64,000 bases of DNA, taken from assembly GCA_964016885.1 (NCBI GenBank), contig OZ024741.1, positions 40,858,001-40,922,000 of the forward strand, given 5' to 3'. The notes below the pieces were generated by a model that saw only the letters and a list, made by a program, of their open reading frames with translations, was not told the origin of the DNA and did no database searches. Shown piece by piece: positions 1-12,430 of the stretch (within the stretch, counting starts at the first letter, position 1; each line of letters starts with the position of its first letter). Both the position numbers and the translations under genes were made by a program. The stretch is from Eledone cirrhosa (lineage: Eukaryota).

Positions 1-69
1 ATATATATATACATACATATATATATATACATACATATATATATACATACATATATATATACATACATA

Positions 70-109
<40 letters not shown>

Positions 110-220
110 CATACATATATATATATACATATATATATATATACATACAGATATATAAATATATATATATATATATATTCAGGTTTGAGGTTCACCACTG
201 TATAGAGCTGGTCTATTCCG

Positions 221-292
<72 letters not shown>

Positions 293-560
293 CATACATA
301 TATATATATACATATATATGTATATATATATATAAATATATATTTATATATATGTATGTATATATAAATATATATAGACGCACATATGTGTGTAGACATA
401 TATATATGTATACATACAAACTTATATATATGTAAAAATATGTATATATATACATATATATATATATCATCATCATCATCATCATCATCTTATGTCCGCT
501 TTTCCCTGCTTGTGTGTGTGTGTTTGTGCTTATGTATATACATATTACACACATATACAC
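1..560. repeat. Compound (TA)n/(TACA)n microsatellite with small insertions
   Basis: Direct reading. Contains a 45-bp element-tail fragment (178-222, matching 19475-19521) and an RTE/SINE 3' tail (468-511). Confidence 0.9.
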
Positions 561-880
561 ACAAGTGTGAGTGTGAGCGTGAGCAGTGTTTCACATTTGT
601 TTTCTATTTCCACGCCAAGATGAGAGTTGATTGGCTCCACAAATTTAAATATATACACATGATATATTAGGACAGGTATTATTGGAGTCAAGTGGTCTGC
701 CTAATGTTAACAATTTCAGCTGTGATTTATGGGTGGTAGCATCTTATTGTTTTAACTGAAGCAAGTAGTAACTTTGCTTTACTTCATAATATTCTCCTCT
801 TGCAAACATTTCTGAAAATATCTGAAACACAGTATCTTTGAAACTAATCAATAATATAATATAATGAACACTCTACAAAC

Positions 881-976
881 CTGTTGTTTTTAGGCTCTGT
901 ATAACCAGGCCCAGTACTGTAAGAGATGTTAAGTCCTCCAAGCCAATGTGCTCCCAAATTGTTGCCCGTCAGATCC
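881..976 (-). CDS. Exon E of GCPII/NAALADase-like gene (gene continues beyond window start)
   Basis: tctctag|G...AACAG|gtttgt; 96 nt, phase 2/2. DLTGNNLGAHWLGGLNISYSTGPGYTEPKNN, cf. SWRGSLKVPYNVGPGF. Confidence 0.9.
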
Positions 977-1154
977 CTAGAGATAAAGTTAAAACAAAAT
1001 ATTAACCCTTTTTTAAAATCATATTTCTAATGTAATACACTGCAAACAGTTTCCATTTATGTTTGAAAAGAATAAAAATATTTTGAGGAATTTAGTAAAA
1101 TAATTTTTTTATCATTAAGCTGTAATGTTTGGAACATTACATAACAACAAATTT

Positions 1155-1518
1155 CTTCTTCTTCGCCCACTTATTCCTGAGAGTCGAGGGAGCAGAGTCC
1201 TGAAGCACTCATTCCAGTGGGTTCTGTCAGAAGCAACCATCTCCAACTGATCCAGCCAGATCCCCAAGCGAGACCTACCAAGCTCATGGATGTTATCCAA
1301 CCATCCAACCATTTTGCTCGAGGTATACCCCTTGGTCTCCTACCATTTTGTTTTGCCCATAAAATCTGTTCAGTGACTCTTTCCTGAGACATTCTAACTA
1401 CATACCCATAGTATCGGAGCTGTGACCTCTTAATTCAGAGAAGTAGTGGCTCTACCTGGAGTGACTCTCTGATCTCCTAGCTATGCACTCTATCGAGTAA
1501 CGTTACTCCAAACCTTTG
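1155..1518 (-). mobile_element. 5'-truncated RTE-clade LINE 3' end
   Basis: Minus strand encodes ...QLRYYGYVVRMSQERVTEQILWAKQNGRRPRGIPRAKW..., then a (GAA)n tail. Inserted into a degenerate TTAA-type MITE that starts near 1002. Confidence 0.75.
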
Positions 1519-1959
1519 GAGGAACCCCATATAAATTTATATTAGAATATTTTAATATAAATATAAACACTTTAAAATGGTCAATTTTGTATTGTCTAAC
1601 CTTGGGTAGTTTCTGGCTGGCAAGAGGCAGATGTGCGAAATATATCAAATTTAATAATATCCAATGAAACATTGTCAGAGACCCATCTCTCTGTCTTTCT
1701 GATACTTAACACATATAGGCATACATATATTCACACAATAACATAGGGAACTTTAAAGTTGATCACAAAATCTTTAATTTACTTGCTTAATTAAAAAAAA
1801 AAATGCAAACAAGAAGAGCTTGCAATATATTATAATTTTGGGTGTATTCTTGAAAATAGATCTCCTTTGAAGAAGATAAAAATATCTTGTTGAATTCACC
1901 AGATTCATTTCACATGCTCAGTTCATACATACACACAGATATATAAATATATATAAGCA

Positions 1960-2244
1960 ATATACATAACTGAGAGATGGGACTTTTAGCACTAAAACTA
2001 TAGAATTAATGTAAAAATGATGTGCTCATGTGCAAAGATGCTATAAAATAGGGTGCAGAGCCTTAAAAGACAGAAAAAGAAGTTGCCATTGCCTGCTATG
2101 AAGAATTGAATCTTATATCTCCCAGATACCAGTATCTCAGAGATATAAGGTTCAATTCTTCATAGCTGCCGATGACATCTTCTTTATCTGTCTTTTACTG
2201 GTCTTTACTCTATTTTATAGCATCTCTGCAATGAGCACATCATT
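1960..2244. mobile_element. Fold-back element (arms ~2016-2122 / 2138-2244) with one-sided tail, between TA tracts
   Basis: aatgatgtgctcat...tcttatatctc is the imperfect reverse complement of gagatataagg...atgagcacatcatt. Box-B-like GGTTCAATTC in the arm. Confidence 0.75.
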
Positions 2245-2315
2245 CTATATATATATGAAATATGGCCAAAGTTAGGAAAATTGACTGCTAAAGATACGTT
2301 GTTTCAGTGCTTTAA

Positions 2316-2521
2316 CTCTAACATTTAGACCAACCATATCCAACCAGAATTCTCTCACCTCTTTCTGCTCAAACTGGCTGCTCATACTTATGTTAAGGTA
2401 TTCTTCTCATAAATAATATCAAAATCTTATAGATTCGACATTATGTGAGATAATTATCTGAGATAAAGCCTTTACGATGAAAATACAATAGTAAATATGA
2501 AGTAATGTAAATGATAAAGGG
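2316..2521. mobile_element. piggyBac-type (TTAA) MITE, degenerate copy
   Basis: TTAA flanks; homologous to 12222-12430 and 59895-60115. Confidence 0.7.
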
Positions 2522-2610
2522 TTAAGGTTGATACAACTGGCTCTAGTGCACAAGGGCCAGTAACAAATGGACAAAACGAGAAGATGATATTTTTACGACT
2601 ATTTACAAAT

Positions 2611-2696
2611 AATTGTTTCTACTTTTGGCACAAGGCCAGCAATTACCCAGTACATTACTGGTACTTTATTTTATCGACCCCCGTAAGGATGAAAGG
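2611..2696 (-). mobile_element. 5'-truncated tRNA-derived SINE with target-site duplication
   Basis: Matches the 3' half of the SINE at 11395-11588; flanked by direct repeat gactatttacaaataat. Confidence 0.85.
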
Positions 2697-3894
2697 ACTA
2701 TTTACAAATAATGCACAAAGGACAGTAACAAATGGATAAAAAACAAGGGAACATATATATATATTTATATACAAACTCTAGATTGATATCTAAATGCTGA
2801 TTCTAAACAATCCTGATCGTAATTTGTATATACACAATGAACCCAGTGAATCAGATGAGATATTTTCCTTTCCTTAAAAAAGGATCTATTTTCAATGACA
2901 TTCAATTCTAAGTTTTATAAGAAATAAAAAAAACATTTTGAGAATTTTGTCCCTCAACATAAAAGTTCTGTTTTCTTTTTTTGTCTAACTGCCCTTTCAT
3001 TAACCATATTCCTACCCCACCCCCTCCCAAACACTGCCTATGATTTCCAACTAATTTTGAATCTAGTTAATAATTTGAAAGGATTTAGTAATATAACTAA
3101 TTTTCTCATTAGTTAACTGTCATTGGAATGTAACTTGAAGGAAATTATGATGGAAAGTCTTCCAATGAATATGAATATTTTAAAACAGATGGTTTTCTCT
3201 CATAGAACCAGCAGTAGTTTCAGGCAGTTTTGGTATCAAAATTGTTGAAATTCTTGCAAATGAGGTTATAATGGTTTACAATCAACTTTAATACAGATTG
3301 AAATTTGTCTTCGGAAATTACTCATTTCCTTTCTTTGAACTTTACTTGAGCGACCATTTACCATGTTTATCTCAATAAATATATTTATGTGCTGAGAAAA
3401 GAAAGGTCAAATTCTTCCATTCCTACTTGATAAACTATGAAGTTATAAGGAAGAGAAATCTTCTGGCATTGAATGTTGTCTTACTGTTATTTCAATGACT
3501 TCAATGTTTACCTATAACTTTCTCTCCCACCCTCCTCTCACATGCACATACATACATTCTTTGATTCCTTTACTGGCTCCAATCCTATTAAACTGCAGCT
3601 ATGATGCAGTACCAGTTTCAGACCACTTTTGTTTTTGTTACCAAGGGTACATTATCTAACTTGTTTAATTATAACAATCAACTATTATTATAGTTATCTG
3701 CATTGTCGGAATATATTTCCACACACACACACAGATACATGGTCCTGATATTATATTGGGATAATTGGATTCAATTATAGTAAAAACCTATATGTTGAGT
3801 CAGAAACAACTGTATCCTGAGACAATCCTTGATCCAGGTTACTCAGACTTTTAAACTCGAGTAACAGAAACCGATAACTAGTAAACTTATATCT

Positions 3895-4213
3895 TGCAAG
3901 CAGGGAAAAGCAGACATAAAATGATGATGATACCTATATATAACTGCAAAGTGGTCGTGGAGGTGCCACGGCAAAAAAGCACCCAGCCCACACTGTAAAG
4001 TGGACGTGTAGGCGCCATGGAAAAAAAGCACCCAGCACTCACTGTAAATGAGGTTGGTGTTAGGAAGGGTATCTAGCTGTAGAAATCAAGCCAGAATCAG
4101 TTCCCGTATGAGCAAGACAAGGTCAGCCGACCGGGAACTGCCCACAACAGGACAACTCGTCAAACCCATGCTAGCATGGAAGAATGGATGTAAAACGGTG
4201 ATGATGATGATGA
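3895..4213 (+). mobile_element. RTE-3'UTR-derived / SINE-like repeat with (GAT)n tail
   Basis: Close match to the RTE 3' UTR at 31870-32138 (cactgtaaagtgg units, ggaagggtatc.agctgtagaaa, catgctagcatggaag...gatgatgat). Confidence 0.8.
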
Positions 4214-4378
4214 TATACTCTATATACATATTATCATCGTTTTTTTGTCAGGTTTTCCATGTTGGCATGGGTTGAACAAGACTTTTGCAACAATGTTTTA
4301 CAGCTTGATGCCCTCTCTGTCACTAACCCCTTTAGTTCTTTCATATGACATGTAAAGATATGGTGTACTTATATATAT

Positions 4379-4591
4379 ATCAAGTTTAATATAGAAATAG
4401 CTTCTATCGGACTAGAACTGTTTCATCCAAAAGAAATCATCAGTGTTTCGTGATGATTTCTTTTGAATGAAACAGTTCTAGTCCTGTAGAAGCTATTTCT
4501 ATATTAAACTTGATGTTTACACTCTACTAATGTATTGAGTACCTTACTAACTGTGGTTACCCCCGATTGTATCTAGGACTCACACAAACAC

Positions 4592-4593
<2 letters not shown>
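4379..4593. mobile_element. Fold-back hammerhead element in (TA)n (arms 4379-4443 / 4451-4514, tail to 4593)
   Basis: Inverted arms; CTGATGA-TTTC tttt GRAT-GAAACAG ttctagtc CTGTA core; tail with TTGAGTAC. Related copies at 28920-28980 and 56525-56720. Confidence 0.8.
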
Positions 4594-4641
<48 letters not shown>

Positions 4642-4934
4642 CACCTATCTAACCATTTATGGGCTTATTCAGACATCTGTCCATATGATAAATGTAAATA
4701 ACAGACATAAAATAGTCTTTTCACATTTACTTAAATATATATATATGGGTGTCTATACAGTTCCTGTCTACCAGAAGTTCTAGTGGAAGACACATGCCTA
4801 AGGCGCCACATAGTAGAATGCAACCCAAAACTATGTGATTGCAAAAGGAACTTCTTAGATAAGTCATGGCTCAGGATAAAAGTGAAACAACAACAATACC
4901 AATAACAACAATAACGTAAACAACATGGCTGTAC

Positions 4935-5025
4935 CTCATAAGTTCTTCAGCATCAGAGTAGCTGACAGAATGTACAGGAATCTTCGGGTAACTCTTGCTA
5001 AAATCTGGTATTTCATGGATATGAT
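4935..5025 (-). CDS. Exon D of GCPII/NAALADase-like gene
   Basis: ctttcag|AT...ATGAG|gtacag; 91 nt, phase 1/2. DHIHEIPDFSKSYPKIPVHSVSYSDAEELMR, cf. LPSIPVHPIGYYDAQKLL. Confidence 0.92.
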
Positions 5026-5111
5026 CTGAAAGAAGAGAGATGGCATTGGAATGAATAAATTTGGCAAAATATTGCAGTCCGATCATATATATATATGTAT
5101 GTACATATATA

Positions 5112-5357
5112 GTGGCTGCCAACTCGTTTTCGAGTACGGCCACTACTTTATATCCATGTAGGAGAACCCCTACCGATGCGCTGAATGAGTGTGACTTTTT
5201 AGTCCAGCCAGCGACTGGATGGCCATTGACTCTTAAGAGCTCCTTTGCCCTTTGACAGGTTTTGTTTTTAGTCCTGCAGGATGTCTAAAGTCACCCTCCT
5301 CACCAAGAAGCCTTGGTAGGGTTGCCAGTTTAGTCGCCAATGACCCGACTATGGGTA
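5112..5357 (-). mobile_element. Non-autonomous RTE derivative (5'UTR-like part fused to LINE 3' end)
   Basis: 5112-5216 is nearly identical to 46846-46950. The remainder (ggcgactaaactggcaaccctaccaagg...gtgaggaggg) resembles RTE 5' UTRs. Confidence 0.65.
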
Positions 5358-5560
5358 TATGTATGTATATACACATCTATATACATACATACACACACAC
5401 ATATATACATATTTGTATATATATATAAATATATAAATATATATATATATATATAAACATATATATATATATACACATATATATATATATATACATATGC
5501 ATATAAATATATATATCTTGCAAGCAGGGAAAAGCGGACGTAAAATAATGATGATGATGA

Positions 5561-5622
<62 letters not shown>

Positions 5623-6033
5623 TTGTATGTAAAAATAAGACCACCAAATGGTCAAACATTAATGTAAATACATCTAGAACAAACCCAAAGCTATCTATAA
5701 AATAAGTGTCTTAACCCATAAACAATTCACTCAGAGAAACAAAGCCAGCTATAAACTAAATGTCTAGAGATCTCAGGCATCACCCATATTTCCTGACCTT
5801 TAAATTCCATAAACCAACCACTGGCCCACATCAATATAAACAATACAAATACACACAAACACTATATTTAATATTATATAGTTTATAACAATTATATTAA
5901 ATAAGAAATATATTCTAATTTCCATAATTTATAATAATTATATTAATAATAATTATATTAATTACCATTTACATGGAACAGTAATAGCTTTAACTGGTTT
6001 CCACCATTATTATGCTATATGTATATATGCATT

Positions 6034-6096
<63 letters not shown>

Positions 6097-6174
6097 GTTA
6101 AAAATGTACATCCACATATGTATACTGAAATACTAGTATGCATATGAATACACACACGTGTACATATGTAGATG

Positions 6175-6620
6175 TACCGAGTTTTTCACTGGTCACTTTA
6201 CTGTGAGTGTCCAGCTATTCTGTATGTAAACACACAGACAAACCGGTTTTTAGAGTCATACTGGTTTTTGAGGAAACACCTTTCCTCTATTCTCCAGAAA
6301 GCCAGACAAGGAATATTGGACTAGTTTCGATGTTGTTACATCTCATCAGCAATATTTACCTATCTTCCGGCCTTTCTAGAGAATCGTAAAAGCACATATC
6401 GTTATATGCTTTTTCTATGAAAATTAGTAGTGGGCAGACTAATTTGCATAGAGCGTGAGTACGTACCGGTTCAACGGAGACGATAAAAACAAATAACGAA
6501 ACGAAATTAAATTTTGTTTCGTTTGTAACTCACTTTTGTATGACTGACGCTTAAACAATTAAGTTAAAAATGTGTTACAAACGAAACGAAATTTAATTTC
6601 GTTTCGTTATTTGTTTTTCT
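6175..6620. mobile_element. TA-flanked element with terminal fold-back (arms ~6485-6536 / 6566-6618)
   Basis: aaaaacaaataacgaaacgaaattaaatttt...gtaac vs gttac...aatttcgtttcgttatttgttttt. Confidence 0.65.
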
Positions 6621-6709
6621 ATATATATATATATATATATGCATATATATATACATATGTATATATATGCATATATATACATACATATATGTACATGCAT
6701 ATATATATG

Positions 6710-7166
6710 ATAAATGTAATCTGAGTTTTTCGAATATTAATAATAACATTCAATTCGTTTGCAATTATGCAAAAAACCCTCAATTTTATAGCCATGTCAG
6801 TAGAATGAACACTTCATTCTTGCTCTTGTGTTTGCATGCGAACAGAACTGCAGACACTAATGTTTCTGGGTATCACCCTTCATCAGTACAGCTCACTGTT
6901 CTGAAAATAGCATATATTTTCACTAGCTCCGACAGTCTGGCAGGTGAACAGTGAGCTGTACTGATGAAGGGTGATACCCAGAAACATTAGTGTCTGCAGT
7001 TCTGTTCACATGCCAACACAAGAGCAAGAATGAAGTGTTCATTCTACTGACATGGCTATAAAATTGAGACTTGTTTGCATAATTGCAAACAAATCGAATT
7101 AATATTCAAAAAACTCAGATTACATTTATTGTATTCAGCCATGTAGAGCGAATTTTTTCTTTTTTA
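6710..7166. mobile_element. Fold-back hammerhead element (arms 6710-6901 / 6946-7129, tail 7130-7166)
   Basis: ~190-bp inverted arms, 45-nt loop, (TA)n on both sides. Confidence 0.88.
6953..7002 (+). ncRNA. Type-I hammerhead ribozyme (mirror copy on - strand at 6845-6894)
   Basis: Stem I GAGCTGTA/TGCAGTTC; core CTGATGA; stem II GGGT-gat-ACCC; GAA; stem III ACA-ttag-TGT; GTC cleavage triplet (after 6994). Confidence 0.85.
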
Positions 7167-7393
7167 CATATATATATATGCATATATATATATATCCAAA
7201 CCCATGCTAGCGTGGAAGATAGACATTAAACGATGATGATGATGATATATATATATATACATATGTATACATATACATATATATATATATATATGCATAT
7301 ATATATATATATATATATATACATATGTATATATATAGATATATATATACATATATATATGCATATATATACATATGTATATATATATATAGC

Positions 7394-7716
7394 ATCATCA
7401 TTTACCATTTCATTTTACGTCCGCTTTTCCCTGCTTGCAAGGGTGGGACGGGAACTGATTCTGGCTTATTTCTACAGTTGGATGCCCTTCCTAACACCAA
7501 CCTCATTTACAGTGAGTGCTGGGTGCCTTTTTGCCGTGGCACCTCCACGACCACTTTGCAGTGGAATGATATGAACCCCAGTCTCTATCATCTCATTTCT
7601 ACAGCTGAGTAAACTGGAGCAATGTGAAATAAAGTGTCTTGCTCAAGGAAACACCACATCACCCGGTCTGAGAATTGAACTCACAACCTTTCGATTGCAA
7701 GGACAATGCTGTAACC
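7394..7716 (-). mobile_element. tRNA-headed CORE-like SINE with RTE-type 3' tail
   Basis: Minus strand: box B GAGTTCAATTC, tccttgagcaagacactttatttcacattgctccagt, tail cccacccttgcaagcagggaaaagcggacgtaaaatga. Second copy at 36046-36416. Confidence 0.8.
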
Positions 7717-7761
<45 letters not shown>

Positions 7762-7798
7762 CATATATACATATATATATATACATATATATATATGC

Positions 7799-7924
<126 letters not shown>

Positions 7925-7936
7925 TATATACATACA

Positions 7937-8805
7937 CAGGGTGCGGAGGATATTTGTTCGCAAGATTACTGTCTAGGAAAAAAATAACGCAGTAGTTTTT
8001 TTTTTAAGATATATTTATCAAACTTGGGTCAGTTTGTCTTCATGACTTGTTCTTCCGATCTCACTCGATAAACCCGCCATTGGCTTTGATGACGGCCTCA
8101 AGGCGGCCTCGGAACCGGCTACAGGCCTTCGTCACTGTCAGCCGACTTAGGCCCCTAAAGGCACTTGTGATCCTGGCCTTCAGATCGTCTTTCATATTGC
8201 AGCTAGATCTGTTGGTGTCTCGTTCCACTGTGCCCCACACAAAGAAGTCGAGGGGGCTGCAGTCAGGCGAGCTGGGAGGCCAGATATCAGGTGAAGTGTG
8301 GTCGACGAAGTTCTCTGACAGCCAGGATTGGGCCTTTCGGCTGGTATGGCAGGGTGCTGAGTCTTGCTGCCACACGTATGGCCTACCTGCAGCTACCTGG
8401 TCGATCCAGGGCTTTACTACCTCGCTCAGAACACGGATGTAGCCATCGGTGTTCAGCTTGAGGCCCTCAGGGAAGAAGTGAGGTGGCATGAGGCCACCTT
8501 GACTGCTGACGACACCTAAGACCAATGTTGTCGCTGGAAACTTTGTCTGCATGACTCTGGGCACGTCTTTGGATGAGACAGCAAGCCACCTGTTGTTCTG
8601 GGAGTTGATCTTCTGGTCTTATTTGTCCTCCTGGCACGGATTCCACAAATTTGGAGGTTCAAAATTATTCCTAATCAATTATTCTGAAAATAAATAATGG
8701 AAATATAGTCACTGTTTTTTTGAAGATAAGAGTGACAACAGAAGTAAAAAAAATTTGCATAAAATTAGCAGTTGAAAATTGCGAACAAATATCGTCTGCA
8801 CCCTG
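7937..8805 (-). mobile_element. Internally deleted Tc1/mariner DD37D (maT-type) DNA transposon
   Basis: TIRs cagggtgcggaggatatttgttcgcaa / ttgcgaacaaatatcgtctgcaccctg in TA context. ORF 8061-8564 has WQQDSAPCH...WPPSSPDCSPLD with 37 aa between the last two Asp. N-terminus and first Asp are deleted. Confidence 0.92.
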
Positions 8806-9039
8806 TATATATACATAAAATTCATAATCATAGCTTTGCTGCAGTTTAGTGAAGAAATTGATTATTATTTATTCATCGTCATTTTATGTCCGAATTCCAT
8901 GCTGGCCATCAGTGTCTGAGACAGGACATGATCAGCTAACCCTGTCTTCCTCATCTATTCTATATTTCCACATGGTTTCTACAACTGGATGCCTTTACTA
9001 ACACCAATCAATTCAACAAAACAATGGGTTATATCTTAC

Positions 9040-9223
9040 CTAAAGCTGCATAATCTGGTGTTTGGGGATCCCCACTGAGAGTATAGCGAACATGAGATAT
9101 TTTGACAGCCCAGGGTGGTAGCCACCACGATGAGGGATACACACTTGACTGTTTGGAAGCATAGTCAAATGGATCCCCATACAAGATTGCCCCTATGGCA
9201 CCAAAATTCTCCGCATGTTTCAC
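9040..9223 (-). CDS. Exon C of GCPII/NAALADase-like gene
   Basis: ttttcag|GTGAAA...TTAG|gtaag; 184 nt, phase 0/1. VKHAENFGAIGAILYGDPFDYASKQSSVYPSSWWLPPWAVKISHVRYTLSGDPQTPDYAAL, cf. VKNAQLAGAKGVILYSDPADY...GDPLTPGYPA. Confidence 0.95.
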
Positions 9224-9391
9224 CTGAAAATGAAAAAAAAATAAATGTAAGCAGAGAAACAAATATATAAAAATGTAAATAAATAATAAAACAACTGTCA
9301 AGATTAATGTTTTTAATTAGCAATAGCACTAACACAGTATGATTCAGCATAAAGGCATATATGTGCCCATATACAATATATTTATGTATAA

Positions 9392-9608
9392 TGGTTTCTT
9401 ATATAGGCGCAAGGCCAGTAATTTGGGGGAGGAGAAAGTTGATTAAATTGATGCCAGGACATTACTGGTACTTTATTTTATTGACCCCGTAAGGATGAAA
9501 GGCAAAGTAAACCTGGGCGGGATTTGAGCTCATACCGTAAAGGGCCATAACTCTACGTTGCAAAGCATGCTGTCCAACTCTCTACTGATACTGCCAATCC
9601 ACTGCCCT
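9392..9608 (-). mobile_element. tRNA-derived SINE (abundant family)
   Basis: Reverse complement of the 11395/13597 family. Confidence 0.85.
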
Positions 9609-9628
9609 ATATTTCTGTATAATAAATA

Positions 9629-9930
9629 CTCTCAGGTCCTGAATACCCCCCCCCCCCATTGCTTATTAAATTTTGTTAATCTATCTCCAGCCAAATTTTA
9701 TTGTAAGTGATTCATATTAATACAGCAGGTGAAGAATCTAAAAATAATTTTAATTTACATTAAAACACACAAAAACACACAAAAAAAAGAATATTACAAG
9801 AAATCCCATATTTACGAACATACACTATACAATTACCGATTCCACCTTCACCCCATTTATTCCAATCCCCTCTTGCTTATAAGAATTTAAGCAAATATCC
9901 AACCCCTCCCTATTATTTGGAAGCCGAGAG
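9629..9930. mobile_element. pogo/Tigger-like MITE
   Basis: TA-ctctcaggtcctgaata ... tatttggaagccgagag-TA imperfect TIRs; related to 51487-52193. Confidence 0.55.
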
Positions 9931-10341
9931 TACACAGTCTTACTGTGAGTATTTTAAGCTGGGATCATGTCACATTTTAGCATCAAGGTAAGGGCAGTGG
10001 ATGTGTGTGATCATTTCACAGCTACCTCAGACAACAATAGTTTGTATACGATATCTTTAACCCAACCAAGACCGGATCTAGATCTATGAAATAAAACTAC
10101 CCATTTTAAAGGTTTCCAACTTAAATCAAAATCTTCCAACATAATTTTATATAAGAACCTTACATTAAGTTACTATCTTAGTAATGGAATAATTAGTAAT
10201 TTTAGTAAATCCGTCGAAATTCTTCATTAATTAATTAAAATAGAGTGTATTTTATTAGAAATATGGTCATGAAAGGATTAAGATAATATTGTTTTTCATA
10301 CCTCAGCATCTAGGCATAAGTAAGCAAGTTCTGACAAACTA

Positions 10342-10443
10342 TAATTGCTTCTACTTTTGGCACAAGGCCAGCAATTACCCAGTACATTACGGGTATTTTA
10401 TTTTATCGACCCCGTAAGGATGAAAGGCAAAGTTAACCTCGGC
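10342..10443 (-). mobile_element. 5'-truncated SINE with TSD
   Basis: Family match; direct repeat caaactataat on both sides. Confidence 0.85.
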
Positions 10444-11394
10444 AAACTATAATGACAGTGAAACATGTGTACCCACTGCGCTTACCCTAGGACTTAGATA
10501 GCTATGACATGACCACAGCATAAAATACTCACAGCAATGCTAAATGTATGTTTATTATACAGAAACCTATTGTCTGTGTGTTCATATTTAGCTTTATTAA
10601 TGTTTGTATTTTAATGGCAAATATAAAATATAGACAGGACTGCTGCTGTGATTATAACATCCATGGAATTCAACTAAAATGCTTTTGTTTTAAGTAGACA
10701 AAAATAAACACTGCAAGTAATAAAGCAACCCTCAATCACATTAGATTAATTGAATTTATGTTTGAAAATATTTTTAATGAGGTGCTTACAAAGGAATTAT
10801 TTCTACCAAATATCTTTACATTATCATTAATTTATAACTGCTTTCCATGCTGGCAAGGGTTTGATGAGTGGTTACAGTCTAATTCAATCTTTATTTGGAC
10901 TTATTGCCTTTACAGACAGACTGCAAGACTCCATCTCTTTCATACATTATATTTTTGGCATGGTGTCTATGGCTGGATGCCTTTCATAACACCAAACATT
11001 TAACAGAGTATACTGGGAGCATTTTATCATTGTGATAGGTGACCAAATTAGATGTGAAGGAAGATGCTCTGAAAGTGTGATAGCCAGGATAAAAACAGGC
11101 TAAAAGAAGTTTACAGAGCTGTTACCTTTCCTGACAGCAATCTCTGAACTCCGAGCTATGCATTCTATTGAGTAACATTACTCCAAAGACCCTTCAGTGG
11201 AGCCCCATTTTGGTCACTTGTATTCCCGATCATATTCATTTAGTCATTACCCAAGATTCATGACCATAGGTAAGGATTGGCACGAATACCAAATTGAAGA
11301 GAATTCTATTTTTTGATAATGAAAAACGAATTTAACAGAGTGATACGTGTATTTTATCCCATTGACAAGATTTATTCATTTTTATTATTTATAA

Positions 11395-11588
11395 AGGGCG
11401 GTGAATTGGCAGTATCGGTAGAGGGTCGGATGCCATGCTTTCCAGCATAGTTACGTCCATTTACATTCCGAGTTCAAATCCCACTGAGGTTAACTTTGCC
11501 TTTCATCCTTACGGGGTCGATAAAATAAAGTACCAGTAATGTACTGGGATAATTGCTGGCCTTGTGCCAAAAGTAGAAACAATTATTA
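11395..11588 (+). mobile_element. Full-length tRNA-derived SINE (reference copy of the most abundant family, ~17 copies in window)
   Basis: Box A-like TGGCAGTATCGGT, box B GAGTTCAAATCC, central gcctttcatccttacggggtcgataaaataaagtaccag (resembles the Meta-SINE domain, from memory), (ATT)n tail. Confidence 0.88.
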
Positions 11589-12221
11589 TAACAGGATGTT
11601 ATTGTTAGTGGATAATTCCACATTCTTACTGCCACCCACACTATTGAGAAGATCTATAATATAAGTGCTGCCATCAGAAACATTCAATCAATATTTTATT
11701 GATTGGAAGGAATGGAATGGATTTCTGTTGTTTTCATTGATGGGCATTCCACTGACACGTGTACCTTTAATGAACTTTTCAAGGAGAATCAGCATGTCAC
11801 AATAGATGGAATGATTGGTCCCTTGAAGTACAGGTACAATTCATCTGTTATAGTTTAAGTGGCTCATCATCCCACAGACTTTAACACAATTCTCAGGAGG
11901 ATTTAGTATGACAGTGTGTGTGACAAAGGTGGCTCTTTAAATTACATTCAACGAGCCATTCAACGTGCTTCCCAAACATTTTCCATCAGCCCAATTTCAC
12001 TCACATAGACCAATGCAAGCCTATGGTAAATGACACTTCACAAAGACACCATGTAGTAGGATCAAACTCAGGACCTAATGATTGTGAAGTGAACTATTTA
12101 ATGATTCGATCATCGTCTGTCCAAAGCTGAATAGCGGAGGATAAGTCAAAGTAGAAAAGAGAATACAGAAAAAAATAGGCAATGATTCTCTGCATGCATT
12201 GATTGTTAGAAAGATTCTTAA

Positions 12222-12430
12222 CCCTTTAACATTTAAACTAACTGTATCCGACCAGAATTATCTCACCTCTTTCTCTTCAAACTGGCTGTAACTGGCCACT
12301 CATAGTGATGTTAAGGGATTGTTCTCAAAATAAATAATATAAAAAATCTGATAGATTCAATATTATGTGAGATAAAGCCTTTACCATGAAAATATAATAG
12401 TATATATAGAGTAATGTAAATGCTAAAGGG
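12222..12430. mobile_element. piggyBac-type (TTAA) MITE
   Basis: TTAA-cccttta.cattta ... taaatgctaaaggg-TTAA. Confidence 0.85.

Noticed and set aside
213-670. YI/IY/HT/CV-rich ORFs here and throughout the window
   Set aside because: Translations of (TA)n, (CA)n and (TACA)n microsatellites; no coding signal.
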